64,000 bases of DNA, from contig JAUFOQ010000003.1 in assembly GCA_040285855.1 (NCBI GenBank), forward strand, positions 1,426,001 through 1,490,000, given 5' to 3'. The notes below the pieces were generated by a model. That model saw only the letters and a program-made list of their open reading frames with translations, ran no database searches and was not told the origin of the DNA. Of the stretch, positions 39,564 to 51,046 are shown in pieces. Every line of letters begins with the position of its first letter. Position 1 is the first letter of the stretch. This DNA comes from Eukaryota sp. GEM-RC1. Its lineage: Eukaryota. The position numbers and the translations under genes were made by a program.

Positions 39564-42040
39564 CAAAAACACTAAAATAGACACAAATACTAGAACTCAA
39601 TATCATTGAAGCAACAATCATTGCCATCAAAACTCACATCAGCTTTTTCTTCATAAAAAACACTGAGAGCTAATAGAGCTTTGAAATCATGATAGAAATT
39701 GTTTTAAATATTGTAAAAACAATACGATCCAACCAAAATTTGAAATCAAATTTCTTGTTCATTCTTTGTTTGACCACTTTCTCAAAATCAGAGAGAAAAC
39801 AAAGAGCATCTCTACCAAGTCGACCATAAATTGAAATTGCAAAGGACATAATTTGTACTCAACATGTCTAATATGTTTGAGAGCAGTCAATGGTTCATCA
39901 TATTTGTTTCTCTTGTGCTGTTCTAGAATTCAGTGGAGAAACTTCATTTTTAGCATCCTTGAATACACTCTTTTGCAAAAATCCACAGTAATCACATCAA
40001 CAACGGTTAGTTCATCATTGATTGATGGAACTGAGACATCAGCTCTTCTTTTACCAAAAGTCCTATCAGAATTACTATTTTTTAAATTATTGATTTCCAG
40101 TGATCTCAACAGTGGCTCAACAAAAGATTCGATTTTGTAGGAATTACACATGGCATGAATTTGATCTCTGACAGCATCATGAATACAAGTTCTATAAGTA
40201 ATGAAACGATTACAACTCAAAAGGTGAGAAAAAGTAACTAATTTACCACATTTACATTGAAGATCATTGGGTAAATTAGAGGGCCACAAGAAACATCGAA
40301 GTCTGAAAGTAGTAGTCCATTGATGATCATTCAACAACAAACCATAAATCTGAGGAATTTGGTTAATCAAAGCAACTGATCCTTCAAATCAATTAAATAA
40401 TTTGCGAACGCTGGATTTTTTTCTTTGGTCGAGCCAAGTCGAATTTTAAAATCCAGACATTCAAAATGTTTTAAAAGGTGTTTTTGGAGTTTGGTGACAC
40501 ATCGTTCTGGTATTTCACAAATATCTGCTGGAAAACACGTTTGCCAGAGGGCAGGTGAAATTAGCGACAATTCTGGTCTCAAATTTACCAAGATAAAACT
40601 ACTTGTCGAAAGAAGAAGATTTTCTAGACTTGGGTAACGTCTACAGAACTCAAAGACAAAATTCTTACCACCACCAATGAAAGCAGATTTGGTCCACCAT
40701 TTAGACGAAGTGAAACCAATACCACCAAGATGAGGACCTGGGAAGATGTGATTGTTCAAAGCAGGAGGATCCACTGATAACAAAAAATGCAAGAAAGTCA
40801 GTACGAATTTTGTTAAAGCTTCTACAGAAGTTATAGGTAAGTACAGGGGGTAGAGAGCGAAGCAGATGAGTAACTTTTCCTGAATAACAAATTTTTAGCA
40901 TGAAGAATTTGACATGTTTTTCCAATTGCAATTCCTTAATTTGATCTAATTCTTTTCCCATTGAATCCAAATATACATTCAGATCTTTAACAATGTTGTC
41001 ATGTGAACCAAGATAGCAACCTAGAAATCTAAAGCTTGAAGATAAGTAGTTCACAAAGGGAACCTCTAAAGAATTAACAATTAAAGTTACAGGTATCTTG
41101 GCAATCAAAAAACATTTTTGCACATTTAATTGAAGTGCAATTGCATCATACAAATCAGCAGCCTGATTCGCAATAATACGAAGAGTTGACATAGGAGCAA
41201 TAAAAGAAATGTCATCCATATAAGCTACAATTTCTAAGTCTGCATGTTCTTCTTTGAGTTTTTTCAGGATTGGATGAATAGCCAAACAAAAAAAAGAAGG
41301 GACCAAGAGGATCTCCTTGTTTAACACCAGAAACAGAATTAAGAACAAATGAATTAAAAACCAAGTCAGAAGAGTGACCATAAAAACAATGAAAAAGGTA
41401 CCTAATTCTGGAAAACTCATTTCCAATTCAGAACAAATGGCAGATCGTTTAACAGAATTAAAAGCATTCTTAAAATCCAAATTGAAAATGCAATTATTTT
41501 CAACCGCATTGAAGAAAACATCAGAAGTAAGGGCAGCCACAGAAGCTCCATCAATGGTTTTAATACCATATTGATAAGGTGAAAAAAATCCTTGGCTTTG
41601 TTGGAAATTCTTCCAAACACAACAGAAGCAAACGGACGGTAAATAGCTTCACGGACAGCAATAAGACGGATTTTCTTGTTAGGCTTAATCAGTGCAACCA
41701 AGCGAGAAGCAGACAACTCTTTAGGAGGAACAACCTTCGATAACAAAACATTGTTGAAAAAGAGACATAAATCTTCAACAATAAGTGAATTTTGACGTGA
41801 TACAGATTTGAGCATATCAAAAGTAATACCTGAAGGTCCAGAAGCTTTTCCTGAAGGGAGTTTTAAAATACAGCTCATCAACTCGTCCACTCTAATGGGG
41901 TTTTCTTTCCAATACAAAGAAGGCATAGGCTTGACAGGAGAAGAATTTTCCAATGGATGAAGAATCTGAAGTTGAGAAACAGTCTCCTCAGAAGAGCCGT
42001 CTACAACTGAATCGAAAATATTTTCGAACCGAAGCCTCTC
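39564..42040 (-). mobile_element. Longest family A copy: near-complete RT, thumb, zinc knuckle and RLE; frameshifted and 5'-truncated
   Basis: KASGPSGI, RLVALIKP, IRLIAVREA, LDFKNAFN, GVKQGDPLGP (across a frameshift), YMDD (41211-41222), LNVQKC and FLGCYLG. This motif set resembles CRE-clade RTs. Confidence 0.9.
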
Positions 42041-42102
42041 AAAAAGAAAGTTCATACCACCAACGAAAGCACTTTTACATACTAGTAAATACTCAGCTCT
42101 TG

Positions 42103-42191
42103 TGTGGCTTCTGGAACTAAAGACTAGAGGTTTATAAAGAATAGTCAGTATCCTAACACTAAATACATTGACACGTCATCATGACAATACA
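42103..42191 (-). repeat. 3' LTR (89 bp)
   Basis: TGTGGCTTCT...GACAATACA, identical to 46348-46436. Confidence 0.95.
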
Positions 42192-42220
42192 CTGGCTTCT
42201 TCTATTTTCTTTTCTTCCTC
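42192..42220 (-). promoter_or_regulatory. Probable polypurine tract overlapping the last integrase codons
   Basis: The minus strand reads GAGGAAGAAAAGAAAATAGAAGAAGCCAG immediately before the 3' LTR. Confidence 0.65.
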
Positions 42221-45200
42221 TGAGGTTGCTTCAATTTATGATCTTTCATATACTTGATGAGTTTTGCATCATTCTTCAGATTTTCATGAGGTTCCCAAGT
42301 TTCTACATTACCTAACCATCTTATGAGAAACCAATATCCTTCCGAAAGCATCATATGCTCTTTAATCTCATCTATAACGAATTCATTAAGATCAGTTGCG
42401 GCAACTTCTATCAAAGAGCGTACTTCGTTACCTGAGTGGTAGTAGGGAATTAATTGATGTTTGTTTGCAAGATAAGTAGCATTGGATGTTAAGCTGGTAA
42501 TCATGTAACTGTTGGAACCCACTAAAGACACGATTCGGAAAGGACCTTCATGTCCATGAAGTTTTCCAAGACGTTTAGGACTAAATCTTAATACTAAATC
42601 TCCAATCTGAAAGCGTTGTTCATCTGGCTGATTGGACAGAAGTTTATCAAGGTAATGTTCTTGATCAGCTCTCGCTTGTTTAGCTTTGTCCATAATTACA
42701 GCAGTCATATTACGAATATAAGTGATTGTATCATCTTCTTTTTCTAAGGGTCTTTGGACATTGACAGGTTCGGTTAATGATTGTAGAGCATCAAGTAAGT
42801 TTCTTCGAGGGGAAGTGTCGGAACCAAATATGATTTCGTTTGGAGTTGCGTTAGTGATAGAACATTTTGTCGAATTCAGAGTAAGTTGTACAAGGGGAAT
42901 AAGAAACGACCAGGATTGGTAGAGATTGAAGTCGATTAGTAATTTCCGTAACAATGTCATTACATCTTGATTTTTACGCTCCACGATACCATTTGATTCA
43001 TGGAAGTAAGGAATACTGAACGAATGATCAATGTTCAGTTTACTGCAGAGAAATTTCATGACTGAGTTGTTAAATTCAGGTCCATTATCTGAATGTATAC
43101 CCATGGGGATACCGAATATGGCAAGAACTTTGAAAATAAAAGCATTAGCAATATTAAAAGCAGTGGGTCTCTCTACAGGGGCCAACACACAATATCTAGA
43201 GAAGGCATCGATAAAGACAACGATGAAACTGTGTCCAAATTCGTCCTTTTCTAAGGGACCGATACAATCAATTTGGACAGATTCAAAAGGTAAGAAGGCT
43301 TGCAAAGAACCAGTGTGTCTTACATTCTCTTTTTTTTACTTTCTGGGTCTTCTGACAAGCGGGACATGACCTGACGTATTCTACTACATCTTCATCCATG
43401 GTCTTCCACCACAACTTGAGTCTTTTCAGTCTTTGAATACATGTTCTTACACCCATATGACCAGCTCTTGACTCGGAGTGTACTGCTTTCAGCACCTCTT
43501 CTTGCATCTGTTTTGGAACCACTATTCTGTTGCGATTGCGTACGAGTTCGTTTGTGTCCACTTCCAGGTCTAAAAATCCTTCTTCTTTTGCTTCAATAGC
43601 TTGTTTTTGAGTGTATCGTAACTTTCCAAGTAAGTCTTCAGGTAAGTGGTTCAATAGTGCTACATTAACTTGTACTGGATGAGTAAGTCTACTGAGCATA
43701 TCAGCAAATACATTTTGTTCGCCTGGAACATGATGAATGTCAAAATTGAATTCTGCTAAAATAGATCTCCATCTTTGAATAAGTTGATTGTTGGTTTCTT
43801 TTTGAAGGAACAGTTAATTTTTGTGATCTAGGTACACAGTGAATTTGTTAGAGATCAAAAAGGATCTAGTTGCTTTGACCGATAATAGTGATACCAAAGC
43901 ATACAATTCCTTTTGAATTGTGCTCCAATTTCTTTGGGAAGGGGATAGGATCTTTGAGAAAAAGGATAATGGTACGAATTTCTTGTGTTCCCATTCATTA
44001 GATTGTGGATGATCTTCTTGTAGAATCACACCACCAACAGCATTATTGCTTGCATCAGTGACGATAACAATGTTCTTTGTTGAATCGGGAAGGCTCAACG
44101 GAGGTGCTCTTGCAAGCGAAGATTTCAATTCATTGAATGCAATGGAACAATTTTCATCAAATCGATAGGGAACACCCTTTCTAAGAAGTTTGTATAAAGG
44201 TGCTGTCATTGATGCAATATCAGGAATGAAGTCTTTCATGAAATTGACTGAACCAAGGAATGATTTCAACTGTTTCGTATTTGCAGGGGCTGGTAATTGT
44301 AAAATTGATTTCACTCGATCAGGGTCTAAAAATTTCTGATGATTTTGATAGATAAAGCCAAAAAGGTGGATAGGTACTGAGAAATGGACTAGTCTGCTTT
44401 TCTTTGGGGCCAATCGAATATTGTACTTGATACACAACTTGAGAATCTTTTCGATACCTGCTAAAAAATTTTCTTCTGACTTGGCAGCAAGTACGATGTT
44501 ATCGATAAATACAAAGGTTTGGTGATCTCGATAAATTCCGTCCATTATGTTTTGGAATATAGCGGGAATATTAGTGAGACCGAAAGAGGCTCGACAGAAT
44601 TCAATAGCCATTCCAGGAATTGCAACTGCAGTTTTGGGAATGTCATTTTCGGCAATTGGCATTTGATAATATGCCCTTGGCAGATCAAATTCTGCAATGT
44701 ACTGGGCGTCTACTAACATAGAATCAATCTCCGTCATCAAGGGCAAATTTGCAGGAACAAGAATCGAATTAGCGTTGATTCCTTGAGCACCCGAATAATC
44801 TCCGCATATTCTGGGCTTTTTGTTCTTGTATTCTACGTAGACGATTGGGGATTGGTGTTTTCGAGAAGATACTCTTGCGATTCCTTTCTTGATAAAGTCT
44901 TCGAACTGTTTCATGGCTTCTTGGAGTCTTGAGGGCTTCAATGGTCTGGGCTCAAACCATACCTTCTTAGATTCGTCTTTGAAAGGAATAGTCATTGGAG
45001 TGACCTTCATTCCTTCAGCTGGAAATTCTGGGTTGAAAACTTCCGAGTACTTTTCAAGAAGTTTATGAGAATTTTCTATGAGTTGAGGATTCAATTTCTT
45101 GATTTCTATTTCGCGATGGAATGAGACACTGTCCTGTACAGTACAGACAGAAAGAGGGTCTGGAATCTCAGTGTCGTCATCTTCTTGGAAGTTTTCCAGC

Positions 45201-46331
45201 TCGATGTGAATCCCGTTTTCCGTCATCAACCCTAATCTTGTCAAAATATCAGCTCCAATAAGAACGCGTTCAATACCAGAAAGGACTATAAGTGAAGTAT
45301 CGATAATCAATCGGCCTGCTGCTCCTTTTACTAGAATAGAAAGTTTACAGCGTATTTCACCGATTACGTTAGCATCGTTTCCATCGGCAGTTTTCAGCGA
45401 TTGTTGAGTGGGAATGATGGGAAGAGATAAACGTTGAGCTAGGTCGTGGCTGATTGTGGAGGTTTGGGCACCGGAGTCCAAGATACATGGGAGATCAAAA
45501 TTGTTAATTGTGACAGTAGTTTGTAAGAGGGAAGATGGTTCAGTAACTAAGCAGTTTGAGTACATGGGTTCGTTGTTTCCAAATAAGCCGTGAGAAAAAA
45601 GCGGTCTGGACTGGGCTTCACGTGGTTCATCCTTAATTTTTTTCTTGGGACAGTGGAGAGCGATGTGACCAGGTTGGTGGCAGTACCAACAATTTCTTTT
45701 ATTAATGTCTTCTCTTCTTTGATCATGTTTCTTCATTTGTTCCTTTGAGGATTCAGTTCTGAATGATGGTCTTTCTGTGCGTCTTTGGAAGTATTGCTTC
45801 TTAGTTGAATGACTGAATTGGTCATACTGGAGGTAGAGCTCTAATGCTTCTGAGGAAATCTTGGCTAGTGTTGCTTCTTCTGATTGGATTTCTTCTTGCA
45901 TTCGACGGCGAACAAAGTTAGGACGTAGGCCTTCAACGAATTTCTGCAGGTACCATTGATCTGGTAGTTTTAGCGACTTGCATCGAGCCTTTAAGTCGTA
46001 AAATTTGCCAAGATAATGAGTGAACCGATCATTGGGATGGTCTTGGCTTAAGGTCAGGTGGATCTTTTTAAACATGGCAGCGGCTTCTGCGGCGGAACTA
46101 AACTGATAACTTTCTTCGAGGTAGTTCAAAAGGGTTTCATCAGAATCTTGAACACCTGGTTGCCATTCGTTGAGTATCGACAACCAGCGGGCACTTACAC
46201 AAGCTCTAAGAGGCACTTGCTCGGAACTGGGAACTAGTTTTACGTATTGTTTGAATTCACATACGAAAGAATAAATCGACTTCTGAAAGAGAATCCAGCC
46301 TTGGAGGTCTGATCGGGAAGTTTGGGGTCAT
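42202..46331 (-). pseudogene. Gag-pol polyprotein, probably a single ORF originally, with four lesions
   Basis: ATG at 46331. Motifs: CWYCHQPGHIALHC knuckle, protease LDSGA, RT FDLPRAYYQ and FGLTNIP, RNase H TDAS and DHKN, integrase HHCC, QIDCIGP, SDNGPEF, VERKN, GPF, and chromodomain-like FLIRWLG-ETWEP-ENL. Lesions: frameshift near 46285, FIDN in place of YxDD, in-frame TAA at 43814-43816, and a frameshift in a T8 run at 43330-43337. Confidence 0.92.
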
Positions 46332-46347
46332 TGCCAGGAGTGATCAC

Positions 46348-46436
46348 TGTGGCTTCTGGAACTAAAGACTAGAGGTTTATAAAGAATAGTCAGTATCCTA
46401 ACACTAAATACATTGACACGTCATCATGACAATACA
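46348..46436 (-). repeat. 5' LTR (89 bp)
   Basis: Identical to 42103-42191; contains the palindromic TTTATAAA. Confidence 0.95.
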
Positions 46437-46489
46437 CTTGAAAAACCAACACCACGAAACGTTAATCAAATTACTGTTTGACGTTTGGT

Positions 46490-47450
46490 ATCAGTTTTTC
46501 CGACAATCTGTGTCTGAAATACCTGAAAGATGTTTGACTAATCTTCAGTTCTGTCTGAAAAAATTACAACAAAAACTAACAAATATTTTTGAAAGATTGG
46601 ATTATAATGTTCGACTTGGCATGGCTAAGGAAAAAAAATCCCGCTTTTGCAAATTTCTTAACGGATGTTTCTAATAGCTCTGCTTCATGTCTGATTACTC
46701 AAATCCCTCAAGTTTATGGTCTTGTTCTTGATGATAACTCTTGGTCATCAAACATGCGTTTGCTATCACATATTTGGCCGTATAACCTTCCACATAATTT
46801 GACATGCCAATGTGGGCAATCTGTAACACCGACACATGTATTGATTTGTAACCGATCTATTTCTTTTTAGAAGTAAGGTTCATGATTCAGATGGGATCAA
46901 TTAGATTGTGTGTGTAAATCTTATGGAATAGTCTCCTTTTAGAACCAGTTCTGGCTGATTTGTTTGATGATAAGGATGTTGACAAATCGTTTGCAAATAA
47001 CCGTGATGTCATATTTCTTGGTCTCGATGGATCTTTCAGTATTGCTGATGTTTTGTCCATCGATGTTTGTAATAATTCCAACAAGAAACTTGCTAAATCT
47101 AATGCTAAACATCCCCCTGTTTATTGGTGAAAAATTGAAAATGGAAAAATATTGTGCTAAATTGAAATTATTGAATTCGGTTTCACAAACGAATTACTTG
47201 TTGTACCCTTTTGTATTTTCACTGTACGGCTCTTTAGGTGAGTCTGCAACATCATTACTGGAAATATCTGTGAAGATTGTAAAAGAAAAAACATCTAGGA
47301 CATCTGATTTTGGAAAAATCGAATTGTGTTTGCTATCTTTTAAGGTATGGTGACTTCTGTATCTAGCGCTTTATTATCTCTTGGCAGACATTATGAGGAT
47401 AAGGTAGGTGAGAATTTCGAGATAGGCAATCTGGACTTTGAGGATATTGA
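46490..47450 (+). pseudogene. Decayed 3' portion of a further RLE subfamily (D); related fragments near 34870-35490 and 38915-39540 and their mirror copies
   Basis: SEIPERCLTNLQFCLKKLQ, NPAFANFL, QIPQVYGL, CQCGQSVTPTHVLIC, EKLKMEKY and YPFVFSLYGSLG, spread over several frames. Confidence 0.83.
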
Positions 47451-47494
47451 TTATTAGATGTATGTACACTGTAGTGTTGTTGTCAATATAAGCT

Positions 47495-48027
47495 TTTTCA
47501 AAAGCAGCAAAAACTGACTTACGACTAACTGAATTAAACGCATTTTTGAAAACAAGATTAAAAATGAAATTATCATCATGTGAATTGAAGGACAAATCTG
47601 ATGTTAAGGGAGCAACAGAAGCCCCGTCAATTGTCTCAATTCCAAATTGAAAGAGACAAAAAGAGACCTGCTTTATCGACCACTCGATTAAACACAATTG
47701 AAGCGAATTAAGGAGAAATTGATTCTCCGACTGCAATTGGAAGGATTCCATCAGGCTGAATTCCGTTACCTGGTTTCACTACAGCAATAAGTCGAGTAGC
47801 AGTCAATTCAATTGGAGGTATATCTTTCAAACAAACCAGCTGTTGAAAATAATTAGCAAGATCTTCAGAAGCTTCTGGAGCAGACTTGCAAGCAGCTTTC
47901 AATAAATCAAGTAAAATGCCTGAAGGTCCAGCTGCTTTACTTTTAGGAAGTCTAGCAATAGCATTTGCAACTTCAGTTGGGAAAATAGGATTATCAATCC
48001 AGAATTGACAAATTTGAAGTTCAACAC
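47495..48027 (-). pseudogene. N-terminal RT fragment of an RLE non-LTR element (non-A subfamily)
   Basis: KAAGPSGI, TRLIAVVKP, PIAVGES, QFGIETIDGA and FKNAFNSVSR. Confidence 0.85.
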
Positions 48028-48390
48028 TAGGGTTGCACAAGATACGTCACGCACTGCTCCGTGACGTCACAGTGACGGTGACGTCGCTACTTGGGCATGT
48101 TTTTTGGGGAACATTGTTGTCTAAACATATTCATGTCAACGACGCTTCATATATCGATATAACTCTACCAAACATTAAGTTTACAGTAGTGTAAAATTAC
48201 TAATCAAATAGCTAAACTGGAAGTTGTATGATCGACTTCCATAGAAATTCGGAACGCTATTTATGTCATTATCTTTTACAATCAACTCTGATGAAGTTCT
48301 TTGAATACTGAAAGAGTGGATGATTTGATATTTCTTCATCACAATTTACGCCTTTTAAGAAATGCCCTGAATACTGTTAACAAAATTTTA
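48028..48390 (+). mobile_element. Truncated hAT-like DNA transposon: left end plus the tail of a dimerisation domain
   Basis: It begins TAGGGTTGCAC where the RT fragment stops and has clustered subterminal GTGAC/GTCAC repeats. LNTERVDDLIFLHHNLRLL resembles the end of the hAT C-terminal domain. No right end or TSD was found. Confidence 0.6.
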
Positions 48391-48530
48391 GACGAAAACT
48401 ATTCAACTCTTGAAACTGCTGAAAGAAAAAAATTAAATCGTTATGGTGAATTAGTTTCCAAGATGAATTCTCGCCGACACAATCCTTATGTTTTCCATCC
48501 TTTTGCTATTTCTCTTTATGGAACGTTTGG

Positions 48531-48878
48531 TTTCTTCGGTCAACAATTTCTCACAGAATTTGGCAAATTGTGTAAGCTTTTTTTTAACTTATAATAGATT
48601 TATTATAAATGTAATAGATCAAACAACTAAAATTTGATATCATTAAAACAACACCGGTCGCTATCAAACCTTACAACAGCTTTGTCCTCATAAAAGGAGC
48701 TCACTTTCTTCGGTCAACAATTTCTCACAGAATTTGGCAAATTGTGTAAGCTTTTTTTTAACTTATATTAGATTTATTATAAATGTAATAGATCAAACAA
48801 CTAAAATTTGATATCATTAAAACAACACCGGTCGCTATCAAACCTTACAACAGCTTTGTCCTCATAAAAGGAGCTCAC
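48531..48878. repeat. 174 bp tandem duplication spanning the 3' insertion junction
   Basis: TSD, T run and 3' UTR are present twice; the TSD starts at 48564 and 48738. Confidence 0.88.
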
Positions 48879-50064
48879 TGCTAATACAGCTTTGGAGATG
48901 ATTAAGGGAATTGTTTTAAAAACAGTAAAAACGATCCGATTCAACCATAACATATGATCAAAACGTTTGTTCATCCTATTTTTAACGATTTTTTCGCAAT
49001 CCTTTAAAAAATTCAATGCTGTTTCCTAAACGTCCTTAAATTGAAACACAAAAGGGCATAATTCGTATTCAACATGTTTTACGTGTTTTAAAATTATTAA
49101 TGGTTTCTTGTACTTATCCTGCTTGGCTTGTTCAGAAATGTCTAAAGGGGAAGTTGCAGAGTAAGCATTCTTTAAAGATGTCTTTCTACAAACATCCACT
49201 GACACTACATCAACAACAAACAATTTGTCTGAAGAAGAAGGGACAACAACATCTGCTCTCCGTTTACCAAATGGTTCAACAAATGACTCAACTTTGTAAG
49301 ACTTACACATAGCATGTATTTGATCTCTTACAGCATCATGCATACACGTTCGATAAGTTATGTAGCGATTACAACTTAACAGATGAGAAAGCGTTAATTG
49401 TTTTCCACAGCTACATTGAAGATCATTTGGCAAATTATATGGCCATAAATAACAACGAAGTCTCATAGTAGTGGCCCATTGATGATCATTTAATAACAGA
49501 CCATATATTCGTGGAATTTGATTAATTAATGCCACAGCAGAACTCTCAATTGAAAAATTAGCGAAAGCTGGATTTTTTTCCTTAGCCGAGCTAAGACGGA
49601 CTGTAGAATCTAAACTTTCAAAATATTTTAATAAATGATTTTGTAGCTTTTTTAAAGCAAACTTTAAAGACAAAATGTTTCGACATGGAATTTCTTTGAT
49701 ATCAACAGGAAAGCAAGTTGACCATAGCTCAGGAGAAAGATTTTCTATTTCACCACGGAGATGATCAAGATAAAAGCTGCTGGTACTTTCAAGAAGAGAA
49801 GTTCTTGATGGATATCGATTACAAAACTCGAATACAAAATTCTTTCCACCACCAATAAAAGCTGCTTTAGTCCACCATTTAGAAGATGTAAATCCCAAAC
49901 CTCCAAGATATGGACTGGAAAATGTGTGATTATTTAAAATATTGGGGTTGACTTGAAGAAGAAATGAAAGAAAATCTGTGCGAATTTTGTTAAAAGCTCT
50001 ACAGAAATCATACGATAACTCAGTAGCAGGGGACCTTAAAAGATGAGTAATTTTACCAGAATAA
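48752..50064 (-). mobile_element. 5'-truncated subfamily B retrocopy with A tail and TSD
   Basis: T8 on the plus strand, ORFs 48801-49016 and 49026-49898, and the direct repeat CAAATTGTGTAAGC at 48738-48751 and 50065-50078. The first bases of the repeat are also microhomology with the element. Confidence 0.9.
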
Positions 50065-50290
50065 CAAATTGTGTAAGCAGTATGGAAAGAAATTTAATGA
50101 AAGTTACTGGAGAGGAAGGTTGTCGTTTTCCCTTTTCAAAGCATTGTTTAGGTATTTTGATTCAATTTTGAACCGTCTCTTTGCATTGAGACATGAATTT
50201 GAGATGATATACATTGTAGAGGTATTTGTATCTCATTTGTTACTATTGATGATAGTTTGTATTTGTCAGAGTAAATAAAAGGCGTTTCTT

Positions 50291-51046
50291 TGATGTTTCT
50301 TGTGGCCCGTTAATTTACCTAATGATCTTCAATGTAAATGTGGTAAATTAGTGATTTTTTCTCAAATTTTGAGTTGCAATCGTTTCATTACTTTTAGAAC
50401 TTGCATTCATGATGCTATCAGAGATCAAATTCATGCCATATGTAAGTCCTACAAAATCGAATCTTTCTTTGAGCAGATCATTTGAAATCAATAATTTAAA
50501 AAATAGTAATTCTGATAATACTTTTGGTAAAAGAAGAGCTGATGTCTCAGTTCCATCAGTCAATGATTAGCTAACGGTTGTTGATGTGATTACTGTGGAT
50601 GTTTGCGAAACAAGTGCATTCAAGGATACTAAAAATGAAGTTTCTCCACTGAATTCTAGAACAATACAAGAGAAACAAATATGATGAACCATTGACTGCT
50701 CTCAAACATATTAGACATGTTGAGTACAAATTATGTCCTTTGCAATTTCAATTTATGGTCGACTTGGTAGAGATGCTCTTTGTTTTCTCTCTGATTTTGA
50801 GAAAGTGGTCAAACAAAGAATGAACAAGAAATTTGATTTCAAATTTTGGGTGGATCGTATTGTTTTTACAATATTTAAAACAATTTCTATCATGATTTCA
50901 AAGCTCTATTAGCTCTCAGTGTTTTTTATGAAGAAAAAGCTGATGTGAGTTTTGATGGCAATGATTGTTGCTTCAATGATATTGAGTTCTAGTATTTGTG
51001 TCTATTTTAGTGTTTTTGTTAAATAAACTGTTTTTTATAAAAAAAG
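50291..51046 (+). mobile_element. Decayed family A 3' fragment with native 3' end and A tail
   Basis: It runs from CFLWP to FNDIEF*, then AATAAA and an A run joined to GTTATTCAGG. This is the same junction as at 11215 and 13664, in reverse. Confidence 0.87.

Larger units (their letters stand above)
31412..40888 (-). repeat. Left arm of a ~9.5 kb inverted repeat, made of ~4.05 kb composite units (boundaries near 31390, 35518 and 39564)
   Basis: The MESSLTT ORF lies at 34090 and 38142 (period 4052). Mirror coordinate sums with the right arm are nearly constant: 34090+57863=91953, 38142+53814=91956, and MITE 31646+60306=91952. Confidence 0.9.
42103..46436 (-). mobile_element. Ty3/Gypsy LTR retrotransposon with chromodomain integrase, 4334 bp, structurally complete
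   Basis: Identical 89 bp TG...CA direct repeats, a 4 bp TSD CTTG (42099-42102 and 46437-46440), and domain order Gag-PR-RT-RH-IN-chromodomain. Confidence 0.96.
48391..50280 (+). pseudogene. 3' RLE fragment of another subfamily (E), split by a subfamily B insertion
   Basis: ETAERKKLNRY..FHPFAISLYGTFG..EFGKLCK (to 48577) resumes at 50065 as LCKQYGKKFNESYWRGRLSFSLFK. Confidence 0.8.

Noticed and set aside
41417..42055. ATG at 42055 as the true start of family A
   Set aside because: MNFLFE belongs to a thumb-region fragment (GVGF..KSAFVGGMNFLFE) of another subfamily joined to the truncated copy.
43814..43816. Programmed readthrough or reassigned TAA codon
   Set aside because: The position expects Leu (TTA>TAA) in the middle of RNase H. 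The long ORFs need no TAA/TAG sense codons, and TAG ends the RLE and integrase ORFs at natural positions.
48301..48594. 97 aa hAT-RLE fusion protein
   Set aside because: It is a chance in-frame join of two fragments with a TTG start and an end inside an inserted A tail.
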